Below, piece after piece: positions 51,613 to 64,000 of a stretch of DNA of 64,000 nucleotides. A program made the translations under genes and the position numbers. This DNA is from Mizuhopecten yessoensis (lineage: Eukaryota), in assembly GCF_002113885.1 (NCBI RefSeq), contig NW_018405506.1, forward strand, positions 1,398,199 to 1,462,198. Reading direction: 5' to 3'. The notes below the pieces were generated by a model. It did not search any database. It was given only the letters and a program-made list of their open reading frames with translations, and had not been told where the DNA came from. Positions within the stretch are counted from its first letter, which is position 1. Each line of letters begins with the position of its first letter.

Positions 51613-53673
51613 TATCACATGATCAATTTTACACATTGTATTGTGTGACAGTGTAAAGTCATTTAAAAGGAAGGTACATGTAGGTGGTGCTTAAACATAT
51701 TTCTTAACTTTTTGAAAAAGAGACATCTATGGTATGACTTTTTTCACCAATTTGTAGCAAAATGTTGACAAATTTTCCTAAATGAAGGACAGGGTACGCC
51801 GGTAATACTCCCAAAATACCTGGCACACCTCCATTTCCAGAAATATACAAATATGTACATGCCTTAAGTATGTGTCTGACTGTACTAGAATAGAGTAATA
51901 GAAAAAAAAAATGATCTTGAAAGTATTTCAGGGAAAACCCCACTGTATTTCAGGAGTTAACATGAAGGAGTGATATAAGAAATGATCATTGTATTTCAGA
52001 AGTAGTTTTAAAAAAAGTTGTGTATTTAGGTGTAATAAAACCAAAAGTAATGATCATGTACACTATTTTGGGAGTTATAAAGAAAAGGATCATGTATTCG
52101 AGAGTAATATAAAAATGATAATGCATTTCAGGAGTTTTAACAACCATGTTATCTGATGAGTTATTTTGTTCAGACAGTAGAGCGCGAGGTTAACCAGACA
52201 TTACAAAATTCACAGAAATTATCAACTAATTAAAACAAACCCATTTTGCTGGGAGAATGACTGAATGTTTATTGTAAACATGCTCACAGTCATTGTTTCA
52301 TGGCGAACCAGGAGTTGTATTTTAACATTAGCGACATAATTGATTTGATGTGGCCATATAATATAATACCTTAATTAGTCCTGGTAAGTTAAGCTGCATT
52401 CTTGTGGAAGTTTGTCTGCAGACAATTCAGTGGGTATATGGTGACAGGTGTGGGTGTTCAGGCGTAAAACCTAGCTGCCCACCCCTAAATACTCATTTAA
52501 CACTGCATTAGTGTGTGTTACAGGACTGAGACATTTCTGTGTGCAGGGAAGCGACGATATGTCATGTCTGCTCTTGATTTTCAACATTTATTATGTAATG
52601 ACACTATGATGTCAATAAGTGTGTACTCTGTGCTCTTGGATCAATATGCAAATAAGGTTATGATATACTCTAGTTTACAACAGTAATTTGTGTCAAGGCT
52701 CTCTACCTAGTAATGCTTTATCTTTTATACGGTGTAATGGGAGTACATGTCAGACAGGAACAGCCAGTACTCCTCCTTGACAGTTTGTTGTACTGGTGAC
52801 CTCAACTGACCTCTGGTGTCGAATGACAATAAAGGTTTTAGGGCCTCTGTTGCAGTATTGTATTAATAGCTTTGTGGGTGGTTAAAAGCAGTGCACGTGT
52901 ACACATTACAGGACCTACCCAGCCATATACACGTACATACTAGGAAGTAAAAGTCTAGTGCAAACTTTAACTATTTTCATCAGTTTGGCATGCAAAGTTA
53001 ACTTTTGTCATTTTGACATGTAATGATGCATGAAGTGGATTATTATAGAAATAATCTGTTAAGAATATATATGGTAACTGTTAGCTTTGCAGACTTATGA
53101 AAGAAGTCATACAACCGTTAATTTCTAAGCACTGTGGGCACACAATGGGTGATTAAATTGTATATGTATCTGTCCCAACTTGTGATAGGTAAGAAACTGT
53201 ATAGGTCACAGACAGACTAAAGATCACATCAGTGATCACATTTATCTTCAAATGAAAACAAGTTGATATAATGAGTGACTCTAGTTACTGGCATCGTAAA
53301 GCCAGGCTGATAACTGATACATGTTACGGTATATCCATTTTAAACACTGATTCTACCATCTTTAACATTTCTAATGTTAAATTCACATGATACACACAAA
53401 TGTGATAACTAATAACTGGTACATCATGTATATAATTACCACAACTGGTCGGGATGAGGTCTGTATCATAATCAAAATCAACCACATTGAAAGTTCAATC
53501 TCATTGTGAGGCCAAAAATTCAAATAGAGTACTTGACAGTGGTTTGTTAAACATGTGTCACTTAAATGATTTAGTCTCTTAGTAAAGTTAGTAAACTAAT
53601 ATAGTGTAGAACCTGAGTCAGTAGTCACAAGGTGTTGATTGATTAAGACAAATCAATACTGAAATCATACTCC

Positions 53674-53756
53674 TTAACCCTTTCACCATAATGGACTCTT
53701 CCAAATTAATGCATGGTATATAGTTCACTCAAGTTACAGAGGGGTGAAAGGGTTGA
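53674..53756. mobile_element. ~80-bp mini-MITE (TTAA-type ends)
   Basis: ttaaccctttcacc ... ggtgaaagggttga. Confidence 0.5.
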
Positions 53757-53800
53757 TACCAGCCAAATGCAATATGTATATATTTTTCTGGTTGTTTCAG

Positions 53801-53854
53801 CTCCAAGGGGAAGAATGAAAGTAATTGAAGCAGATAGCCCCCAGCAACAGAATG
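53801..53854 (+). CDS. SENP8: SENP8 exon 5 (oxyanion Gln)
   Basis: gtttcag|; PRGRMKVIEADSPQQQN; g|gtaagc. Confidence 0.9.
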
Positions 53855-54257
53855 GTAAGCACAAACGACCCATCTCATTACCAGGTAGAATCGGTAGTGC
53901 TTCGTATTATAAACGGGTCACATTACAAACTGATATTTAACAGACCAGATTCATTTGGCTGTTAGATTATGTTTTATATAAGTATTTTCCATTACAGGTT
54001 TGTATGCTATTCTGAATATATTTATAAACAAATGGTCTTATCATGTGCATATGTATATGTATGTAACAGTAAACAGGATTTTCTTTCAACTTATTGTATT
54101 TTTGTCATATTCCTGAGTAAACAAGAGGAAAAATTCATTAGGGGCCTGAAATACTATGTAAAGTTAGTTAAAAGTACAGGTGAATGTACATTCATTACAT
54201 ACATTAATCTATAGAAACCTGTCCAAGTCAGCAGTGAAGTCTAGATCTTTTGATAGG

Positions 54258-54742
54258 TTTTGTCTCGCCACCACGAAGTAGTGGTAGCGAGATTTAGGTG
54301 TTGCTTTTCCGGCGACGATGTCATTAAGGTTTTGCGTTTCAGTTAGTTTTACTGAAAGTATAAGTGCTACATCAACTAAACATGGACCATAGATACATCT
54401 TATGTAGTACATCTCAACCCATGCATCAAAGGCTGGATGCGGCCCATCTTTCATGGTCCATTGACTTTGTCAGCATCTCCATCAACATTAGGTTCGTGTG
54501 TTAAAGTTAGTTTCTCTGAAACTGTAAGTGATAGACCTACCAAACTTTGACCATAGATGCATCTTGGGTAGTACATCTGCATGCATCAAAGTGTGGATGG
54601 GGCCTACCTTTCATGGTCCATTGACTTTCTCAGTATATCTCCATCAACAATCAGTTTTTTGTGTTTAAGTTTGTTTCTCTGATATGTGCATTGATGGTCG
54701 AAGCAGGGCACAGGCGAGACATATCAATCACAATGGCTTGTT
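54258..54742 (-). mobile_element. second HINE-like element with ~2 internal units
   Basis: Subterminal IR tgtctcgcc (54261) / ggcgagaca (54713), terminal hairpin tctcgccaccac-gaagta-gtggtagcgaga, duplicated internal unit (ctttcatggtccattgacttt x2), cttgtt end. Confidence 0.65.
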
Positions 54743-55233
54743 TTACCTTAAAAAGCTGGTGGGCACAGGTGTGACTATCGCTTCAGGGAAACATTAGTCA
54801 TTCCCTAAAATAGGGTTTTCAATTTATTTATTTATTGAGATCTTTGTGGCCCATCAACACAGCAGAGGTGTTTTATTTCTTTATGTATAAAGCTGTAGGA
54901 GAGATAGTTTTGGGGAGTCACCATATTTTTTATCAAATTAACATGAGAAAGAATTTGTACTGAAAGGCCAGAGGGTGAAATTGGCAGGGCGAAATAAGAC
55001 AAGATGTATTATATTCACTTAGACGATAACATTTAGGTTATTTACAGTAAAACTGCCAGTTCATTGTTCTTTTATATTATTTGGCCACTTGTTTTAAATC
55101 TGAAAATTACTGTTACATTAATTCTCAGATACAAATAGATAAATGTTTTCACTGGATATTTTGTATCTTTTGTTTGCACCAATTAATATTTAATCCAAAA
55201 GAAAATCTGAAAGTTTCCCAGTAGCTGAGATTG

Positions 55234-55621
55234 CATCCTCGATATCCAGGGGTGTAGAGAGCGAAAGTGAGTGTAATCCTCGATATCCAGGGGTTACACT
55301 CACTTTCGCTCTCTACACCCCTGGAATATGTCATAGCAAAATTGAAGGCACGAAGATATAATAGCTGTTTGATTGGTCTCGGGTACAACAAACAGACCAA
55401 TCGCTAGGCTGGTACGTGTCCTTTAAAGATTACAAAGGAGAGACGCCGGACTTCAAATTCTGTCATTTTTACTGTTGCTGTCTTTTGATGTACATCAAAG
55501 GATCAAACTAGTCTCCTTGTCTCATGAACAAGGTGATACACACTGAGCCTTCAATTTTGCTATGACATATTCCAGGGGTGGAGAGAGTGAAAGTGAGCGT
55601 AACCCTTGGGTATCAAGGATG
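55234..55621. mobile_element. MITE family A copy in SENP8 intron 5
   Basis: catcctcgata...tatcaaggatg with 9-bp TSD ctgagattg (55225-55233, 55622-55630). Confidence 0.88.
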
Positions 55622-55763
55622 CTGAGATTGAGATATGTTCAATGTCCTTTTATCAGCACTTGTTGATATATTTTGAAAACTAAATGTTGATGGCTAAAAC
55701 ATCAAGTATTATAAAGGGCATTTCTCTTCCTGTTTATGACTAGGATCTATATTACTTTTACAG

Positions 55764-55936
55764 GTTATGACTGTGGCTTATATGTGATAGCGACTGCGGA
55801 ACACAAGTGTAAAGAACTGTGTGAGGGGTTCTGCGTGTCTCTATTAGACACTGTTAACAGCACTTCAATGAAAGACAAACGCCAGCAGCTCATTAAGCTC
55901 ATTCACACAGTTGCCTCAGAGTTTTCCGGCAGCTGA
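55764..55936 (+). CDS. SENP8: SENP8 exon 6 (catalytic Cys, stop)
   Basis: ttttacag|; GYDCGLYVI...SEFSGS*. The six exons total 663 nt = 220 aa with all phases consistent. Confidence 0.92.
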
Positions 55937-57742
55937 CGGATCTACCCGCAACTTCAATGTACAAATTACAATATACGCGGCTATGTATAGGTTCACATGT
56001 TTACAGTCAGTGGCGAGTGGACTGACTGATCTATAACTGATATTTGTGTTATACCAGGCTGCAGACAGATCTGTGGTTAACTCAATGTTTACCCTGAACA
56101 TGTAAAGCTGTATTATCTCCGGGGGCTAGTCCTTACACAGGGGTCAATGGATACGGGGCTATTTACATATTAACAGACTCATGTAAAGGTTATACCAATC
56201 GTTATTAACTTTTTCTGGACCTCCGACACCACATGACAACTCTCTTGTCCCAAGAGCGCCATACTCTGTCAATGAAAAAAGTTGTGCTTTGACATAATTT
56301 CTGAGTTCATGCTAAAGCTACCTCAGGTACATTAGAGTTAAAAGGCTGAGGCCATAGCTACTGCCCATTGGGATGTCAGAGGTTACTTGAAGTACACTAA
56401 CAACCTGTCAAGTGAGCCTCATGTAGAATAACAAATCATTGGTCTGTTCACATTGAAAAATGCCTCAACAATTCCTGGAACTGATCCCTTTCTGGGGGGA
56501 AAATATGACATTTGGAATGCAAAATAATTTGATAATACTCCTGAGCAGTTCCATGCAGATAAAAATATCTTAATAGCTTTAATTTGTATACTGTGGGTCT
56601 CTATCCTTAACCCCAAGTGTTAACGAGTTTTGTAGGGATAACAAATACTTGAAGGGAAGTTGCACTGTAGAATAGTTTTGGCAGTTTTAACTGTTTCTGT
56701 CCATTGATCATGTACCAAATGTTCCCATTAGTTTAAAGATGACAATCAAGCACTGCCCATTGCAGGGATTATGCACCAGAGTACATCCAAACATGTTTTT
56801 GGGTTTTATGCATGCATCCTGTCTGACTGTTAAGAACTAATTTCTTTTTTACTGGTAAGATACCGGATTTTGCAAACTATATGTATTGAAAATGATTTAA
56901 AGAGATAATAATTTACAGTTCAAGGACACTTGTTAAGTTACTTAGCCTGTCCTGTTCAGAATTATTGTGAAATCGTTGTGAAATATCTGGTTTTAAGGGT
57001 CCCTGTCACAATGTAGGTAAAAAAACACTAAGAATTCCAATTGTGACTGATCATGAGCCAGTCCACTTGCTGATCAGGTAGCTCAAGTCTTGGTCAGGCT
57101 CTATTGGATTTTCAGAAAGTTGTTGCTTTTTATAAACAGTCTTCTTTTTTTCTTCACAAAAGGGTAAACAATATAAACCGGTTGTCATGCAGGTAAAACA
57201 GTTTCCAATTCATTGTTGTAGTTTCTGGCAGTGGTACAGGGATCCTCATTTTTTTTTTTTTTTTTTAAGTCAAGTTATAAAAACTTAAAACATCCTGTAA
57301 TCTAAACTATTTACCTATGTTAATGGTATTGCATTTTATTTAGTTTGTTTAACAAATTTTTATTATGAATTAATGCTGTTTTTCTTCAATATTGTATGAA
57401 ATGAAAGTTTTGTCCCTGTACAAGCCACATTATTGATGCAAATTTTGCTCATGGACTTGAAAATCACCGCTTTGAAGCCAGGAGTGCTATTATGCACTGA
57501 AAGTTTCATGTTAGTATGTGTATACTTGTAATCTGGTGTACAGATGTTCATACTTTGTTCAATTATGAGTCATTGTCTGCATAATGAAAACTTACGTTTG
57601 ATAATGGTAGGACATTAGTAACATACGTGTACTATATTTGATAGGATCAGTGATAAATGATCATCACATTTTGTTGCCAGTTTAGAAAGTATATGTTCAC
57701 CTTGTTCAAGCAGCACTAGTATTTTTATAGGGATACCTGGTA

Positions 57743-59775
57743 AGGGGAGACAACAGTGTTGATACCATGTATGGGGAGACAACAGTGTTGATACCATCTA
57801 AGGGGAGACAACAGTGTTGATACCATGTAAGGGGAGACAACAGTGTTGACGTACTACTGGCTTGTTCTGTGCCTGTATGGTAGACAACAGTGTTGATGTC
57901 CTACTAGCTTGTTCTGTGCCTGTATGGTAGACAACAGTTTTGACATACTAATAGCTTGTTCTGTGCCTGTATGGTAGTGTCCATGTACTTCTAGCTTGTT
58001 CTGTGCCTGTATGGTAGACAACAGTGTTGACATACTAATAGCTTGTTCTGTGCCTGTATGGTAGTGTCCATGTACTTCTAGCTTGTTCTGTGCCTGTATG
58101 GGAGACAACAGTGTTGATGTCCTACTAGCTTGTTCTTTGCCTGTATGGTAGACAACAGTGTTGACGTACTACTGGCTTGTTCTGTGCCTGTATGGTAGAC
58201 ACCAGGGTTGACGTACTACTAACTTGTTCTGTGCCTGTATGGGAGACAACAGTGTTGACGTACTACTAACTTGTTCTGTGCCTGTATGGTAGACAATAGT
58301 GTTGACGTACTTCTAGCTTGTTCTGTGCCTGTATGGTAGACATCAGTGTTGACGTTCTACTAGCTTGTTCTGTGCCTGTATGGTAGACAACAGAGTTGAG
58401 GTACTACAAGCTTTTTCTGTGCCTGTATGGTAGACAACAGTGTTGATGTCCTACTAGCTTGTTCTGTGCCTGTATGGTAGTGTCCATGTACTTCTAGCTT
58501 GGTCTGTGCCTGTATGGTAGACAACAGTGTTGACGGACTACTAACTTGTTCTGTGCCTGTATGGTAGACAATAGTGTTGACATACTTCTAGCTTGTTCTG
58601 TGCCTGTATGGTAGACAACAGAGTTGAGGTAGTACAAGCTTGTTCTGTGCCTGTATGGTAGACAACAGAGTTGAGGAACTACAAGCTTGTTCTGTGCCTG
58701 TATGGTAGACAACAGAGTTGAGGTAGTACAAGCTTGTTCTGTGCCTGTATGGTAGACAACAGAGTTGAGGTAGTACAAGCTTGTTCTGTGCCTGTATGGT
58801 AGACAACAGTGTTGAAGTACTACTAGCTTGTTCAGTGCCTGATGGTAGACAATAGTGTTGACGTACTACTAGCTTGTTCTGTGCCTGTATGGTAGACAAC
58901 AGTGTTGACATACTACTAGCTTGTTCTGTGCCTGTATGGTAGACAACAGAGTTGACGTACTACTAGCTTGTTCTGTGCCTGATGGTAGACAACAGTGTTG
59001 ACGTGCTACTAGCATGTTCAGTGCCTGATGGTAGACAACAGTGTTGACATACTACTAGCTTGTTCTGGGCCTGTATGGTAGACAACAGTGTTGACATACT
59101 ACTAGCTTGTTCTGGGCCTGTATGGTAGACAACAGTGTTGACATACTACTAGCTTGTTCTGGGCCTGTATGGTAGACAACAGTGTTGACGTTCTACTAGC
59201 TTGTTCAGTGCCTGATGGTAGACAGCAGTGTTGACGTACTACTAGCATGTTCAGCGCCTGATGGTAGACAACAGTGTTGACGTGCTACTAGCATGTTCAG
59301 TGCCTGATGGTAGACAACAGTGTTTACATACTACTAGCTTGTTCTGTGCCTGTATGTTAGACAACAGAGTTGAGGTACTACAAGCTTTTTCTGTGCCTGT
59401 ATGGTAGACAACAGTGTTGACATACTACTAGCTTGTTCAGTGCCTGATGGGAGACAACAGTGTTGACGTACTACTGGCTTGTTCTGTGCCTGTATGGTAG
59501 ACACCAGTGTTGACGTACTACTAACTTGTTCTGTGCCTGTATGGTAGACAACAGAGTTGACGTACTACTAGCTTGTTCTGTGCCTGATGGTAGACAACAG
59601 TGTTGACATACTACTAGCTTGTTCTGGGCCTGTATGGTAGACAACAGTGTTGACGTGCTACTAGCATGTTCAGTGCCTGATGGTAGACAACAGTGTTGAC
59701 GTACTACTAGCATGTTCAGTGCCTGATGGTAGACAACAGTGTTGACGTACTACATGCTTGTTCTGTGCCTGTACG
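57743..59775. repeat. 47-bp minisatellite (gtagacaacagtgttgacgtactactagcttgttctgtgcctgtatg), ~40 copies, preceded by related 29-bp units
   Basis: Tandem units with 46-bp variants; source of the STLLSTIQAQNKL pseudo-ORFs. Confidence 0.95.
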
Positions 59776-61900
59776 GTTGTGAGGTTGTGATAGACATGCT
59801 ATATCCTGGTTGTTTTTTTGAAGTGTTTAATATAACATGTAGTAAGCTTTACTCATCCGGACTAAATCCTAAATCACCTGCCACATGTACATAGCAAACA
59901 TGACACATAAGTTGTAAGTGGGGCATTTCACCCTATATAATGTATTTTTATACTCATGGTGAGGGGTCAAGTGTTATATAGAATTCAAGAACACTGTATG
60001 AGGGATCTAGTGCTTTTTACAGATCTTCTGGGCATCAGGTAAGTTAGGTGAGGTTTACCCAAGCAGTATCAATTCATGTACATGAGTGAATTGAAAGTTA
60101 TATCAGATACCTTTACTTGTACTTGAATCGCTGGCGTCACCAAAATGATTTTTCGAATTAATATAATGAGTGGAAAGTACTAAACCTCCGGATTAATTGT
60201 CATGTGAATGATGTCATTTATTGTCATTACTTACTTGCACTTACCCTAATTGCAGTATGAACAAACTCGGTGTGAAACACATAGACTAGTTGATTAAGTT
60301 GTGTTATCACGCTCTATGTAATGATCCCAATTGAAACAGACTTTAATAGAGAGAAATTCATATTTTAGAGACAACATTTTGTTTTTTTGCCTCTAACATT
60401 CTAATGCAATTTTTCAGTGTTGTAATAAATTAAAGAAGTATCAAAACTAGATAAAATGTTTCATGTGAAATTCAAAAAAAACACCAATATTTCAGCTACT
60501 CTGTTGAGACGCTAGGTGACAATGGATTCCTGTTATAAGGTAAAAGTATTGTATAAACCTTCAAAGGACTACTAGTGATTGTTAAAGATTTTCGACGGGT
60601 TTCCAGACAATATGTAAGGTTGGACCCCACAAAATTGTTGAATGTTATATGCTTAGATAAATTCAACACACTGGTATGCCATTGTTGATGTGTGTTGGCA
60701 TCTGTTAGATAAACACTGTTGATGTTCCTGTCCAATTTTATATACTCAAGCATTTCTTACTTTTTGTGTGTGTTGATCTAAGACATGTATATACACTGTT
60801 ACACAGATATCTGTTCTTTTTTTCTGAATACATGAAATTAACAAACGGGTTCACTTATATTTTATGTTCAAATTTATCTCAATAAATCATGTGATATCTT
60901 TCATTTTGTGATCTCCTCACAAATTAATGCAAAGTTCTAACAAATATACATGTATGTATATAGTATAACCAATTTATATTTCAGTTAAAGCACCTGATGC
61001 TACCAATATATATTTTCTGGTCATGTCTACAATTTGTATGTACACTGTCACTCTGTAGTACTGTCAAGGTCAACAAACAACTTCTTAAGGATTCCTGTCC
61101 ATCTGAATACAGTTACCTCCCTTACATTTTATTTCAGATACAATGTGATATGATTTTTGAGTAAAAAAAAAATCTTAAAAATTCCGTAAGGTATGGATTT
61201 CCAGAAATGATATATCAAATGTCTCATTATGTCCAGAAAAAAAACCCCATTCAAATGCAAAATTATAGTTTTTTTCGCATTGGTACATCGATTTTTAAAA
61301 TCACATCCTTTTGATTACAAAAAAACCTGGGGTTTCCAATAATGTTATGTGGGTTGTCACATCTGCAAATATTATACCAGGGTACAGACTTCTTTGAAGT
61401 TCAGGGAATTTCGTTTTGCTAAAACTGTTTTTCTTCAAGATCCATTTGACAACATTAAATAAGTCAGTACAACATGTATTAATGAAAACGTGTTTGAACT
61501 TTCAGACACTGAAGTGTTTTGTAAAACACATACTGGATTCCTGTTTACACAAACATATATACAGATTCACACATTCTCATAAATCTGGGAAGTGTTGCTT
61601 ATTCTTGTTAAGTTTAAATATACACATAAAATAATTTCCAAAATGATAATGTAATTTTTCCTATCAAATCATGTTAATTTGAAAAAATCCAATTCTTCTT
61701 TGAATATTTCAATGATTCTTAGGATTTATTTCTACTGGATGTAATTATACTTGCAAATGTGAATCTTCGAATACATACATATTCAATAACACATCACTTT
61801 TCTTAACACGTGCCTTATTTGTATACACTTATTATCTAGTACTGCTCTTGGTACCAACAAACTGCTGTTTTCTTTTTGTTACATTATTTCCTGTATTTTG

Positions 61901-62430
61901 TACCTTTCTGTGCTAACAATGATTTGAAGGCTACAGAGGGGTAGTGCCTTTCTGTACTAACAATGATTTGAAGGCTACAGAGGGGTATTGCCTTTCTGTT
62001 CTAACAATGATTTGAAGGCTACAGAGGGGTAGTGCCTTTCTGTACTAACAATGATTTGAAGGCTACAGAGGGGTAGTACCTTTCTGTACTAACAATGATT
62101 TGAAGGCTACAGAGGGGTAGTACCTTTCTGTACTAACAATGATTTGAAGGCTACAGAGGAGTAGTACCCTTCTGTACTAACAATGATTTGAAGGCTAAAG
62201 AGGGTAGTACCTTTCTGTACTAACAATGATTTGAAGGCTACAGAGGAGTAGTACCCTTCTGTACTAACAATGATTTGAAGGCTAAAGAGGGTAGTACCTT
62301 TCTGTACTAACAATGATTTGAAGGCTACAGCTGGGTAGTACCTTTCTGTACTAACAATTATTTGAAGGCTACAGAGGGTAGTACCTTTCTGTACTAACAA
62401 TGATTTGAAGGCTACAGAGGGTAGTGCCTT
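61901..62430. repeat. 43/44-bp minisatellite (acctttctgtactaacaatgatttgaaggctacagaggggtagt), ~12 copies
   Basis: Direct tandem units. Confidence 0.95.
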
Positions 62431-62834
62431 TTGAGTTTATTCAGTTGTCAAAAATTGTCATACGAACACATTTAAGGTACCTCTTCAAAAATGAAAATGA
62501 AATTATTTATTGATGAATGTATGATCAATAAAAGTATTTAAAAGTATTGTTTAGCATTGAATACATGCACAATTCAGTGGAACGTTTTGTATGCCTTTTG
62601 AACAGCATTGCCACTCATGTTACTGTGTTTCACGGTGTACAAATACAACAGCCTTGTTTCAGGCTCTGTTAAATTTTGTACATGATTAATGATATTTCAT
62701 TATTTATGTACATATTAGTCTGTGGCATGATATGGTGATCATCTTGGATCCTTGCAGTACCATCCAATTTCATAAAGAAGGAAATAATTTGGTAAGGAAA
62801 TGACACTTGATAAAGTCATTAATGTTAGAATAAA

Positions 62835-63200
62835 GGCACGGTAGTCTAGTGGTAGGACACTGGGCTCGTGACCGAAGGGTTGTGGGTTCGAGTCACGGCA
62901 CGGCACGGCACTGTGTTGTATCATCAAGCAAGATACTTTACTGCACTTGTTCCAGTCTACTCATGATCAGCTGTAAATGAGTATGTGGTTGGGCAGTGCT
63001 AGAATTGTTGAATGCTAGCTGTGAGCGCCGAAATGGCAGCACCAGCTGTATGCTCCCCAGGGAGTTGAGAAAGATATTAGCTGGATGCGAAGATCCTATA
63101 ACCACGGATAATAATTTGTGAACTGCTTTGAGACAACCTACAAACTAGATTGCGATAAAGAGGTATATAAGAACCTCAAATGATTATTATTATAATTATA
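62835..63200 (+). mobile_element. tRNA-derived SINE, near full length (Deu/Nin-domain-like)
   Basis: A-box tagtctagtgg, B-box gggttcgagtc, core ...ctgtaaatgagta...gctccccagggagttgaga, and (TTA)n tail. Confidence 0.75.
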
Positions 63201-64000
63201 ATTTTGCTACTATTTGATGTGTAGTCTATATCAGGATGAAAATGAGTATATACACACCAGCATATTAGTTTCTGTTTGGTGATGCACATGTGAGCTTGCA
63301 CTGTATACGTACCTAATCTAATTAAAATAAAGATCATTATCATTAAACATAGTGTATAATGAAGATAGGTATCTTAATCAGGTTGACACTGTACCATGGC
63401 ATCTCCTCGGTGTCAGCTGTTTCCTAACTCCTTCTGAACTGCTGAACAGACTTCTTACAAAACTTGACTGAAAGCATTCCTAAGTGGTGTGGATTCAAAT
63501 AGAGATACTGCACTACTACTTTTTTAACCTTATTAGGGGCATAACCAAGAGATGTAATTCAGCTATATTGCTTTGAGCAACTTCTCCTTTGTAATTATGA
63601 GAGATAGACTTTGGTGCTGACCCCCAAGGGGGCTGATGAGCCCATGCAGCCAAAAAGGGCAAATTATTAGAAAATGGTGGAGATTCCACCCTTCAACCAA
63701 TACCTGTTTGGTGGGCATGAAGAGATGAACATAAACATCCTACCAGAGTTACTCTGGGGTCAGTCGCAGATAGTATGTACTTAGTTCCTTGTCTGTTGAG
63801 ACTGTTGAGATCTCCACCCTATATCCATATATACAATTGCAAGGAATAAAGAGACACATATGCTTCCAGGATTTGCCTCAGATCTGTCCCTGTCACAGGG
63901 GAATTATTCCCTGGGTCATAATATGAAAATGGATGAGATCTCTGTCAAATAACCATACATATAATTACATGGCTGTAATGAGAGATAAACACAGTCATGC

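Noticed and set aside
62835-62905. tRNA gene
   Set aside because: Poor acceptor-stem pairing, and it continues into a SINE core and (TTA)n tail; called as a SINE

Overview
AT-rich, intron- and repeat-rich animal genomic DNA, most likely a bivalve mollusc (inferred from gene architectures and repeat types). Three single-N assembly joins occur at 155, 444 and 3162. Four host genes can be reconstructed by hand. (1) The last two exons of a universal stress protein gene (+). Upstream of them, probably in an intron, lies a 36-bp satellite interrupted by 5'-truncated non-LTR retrotransposon pieces. (2) An intronless 445-aa low-complexity ORF (+). (3) A three-coding-exon, ~965-aa gene (-) joining a DZIP3-type HEPN domain, an nSTAND3-type P-loop NTPase and ~10 ankyrin repeats. 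This candidate NLR/Avs-like ribonuclease immune receptor is split across separate ORFs in the ORF track and is the most interesting object here. (4) A six-exon SENP8/NEDP1 deneddylase gene (+, 220 aa). The rest is minisatellites, SINEs, Helentron-associated elements and several MITEs/palindromic insertions with 9-bp target-site duplications. Domain names come from motif recognition, not database searches.
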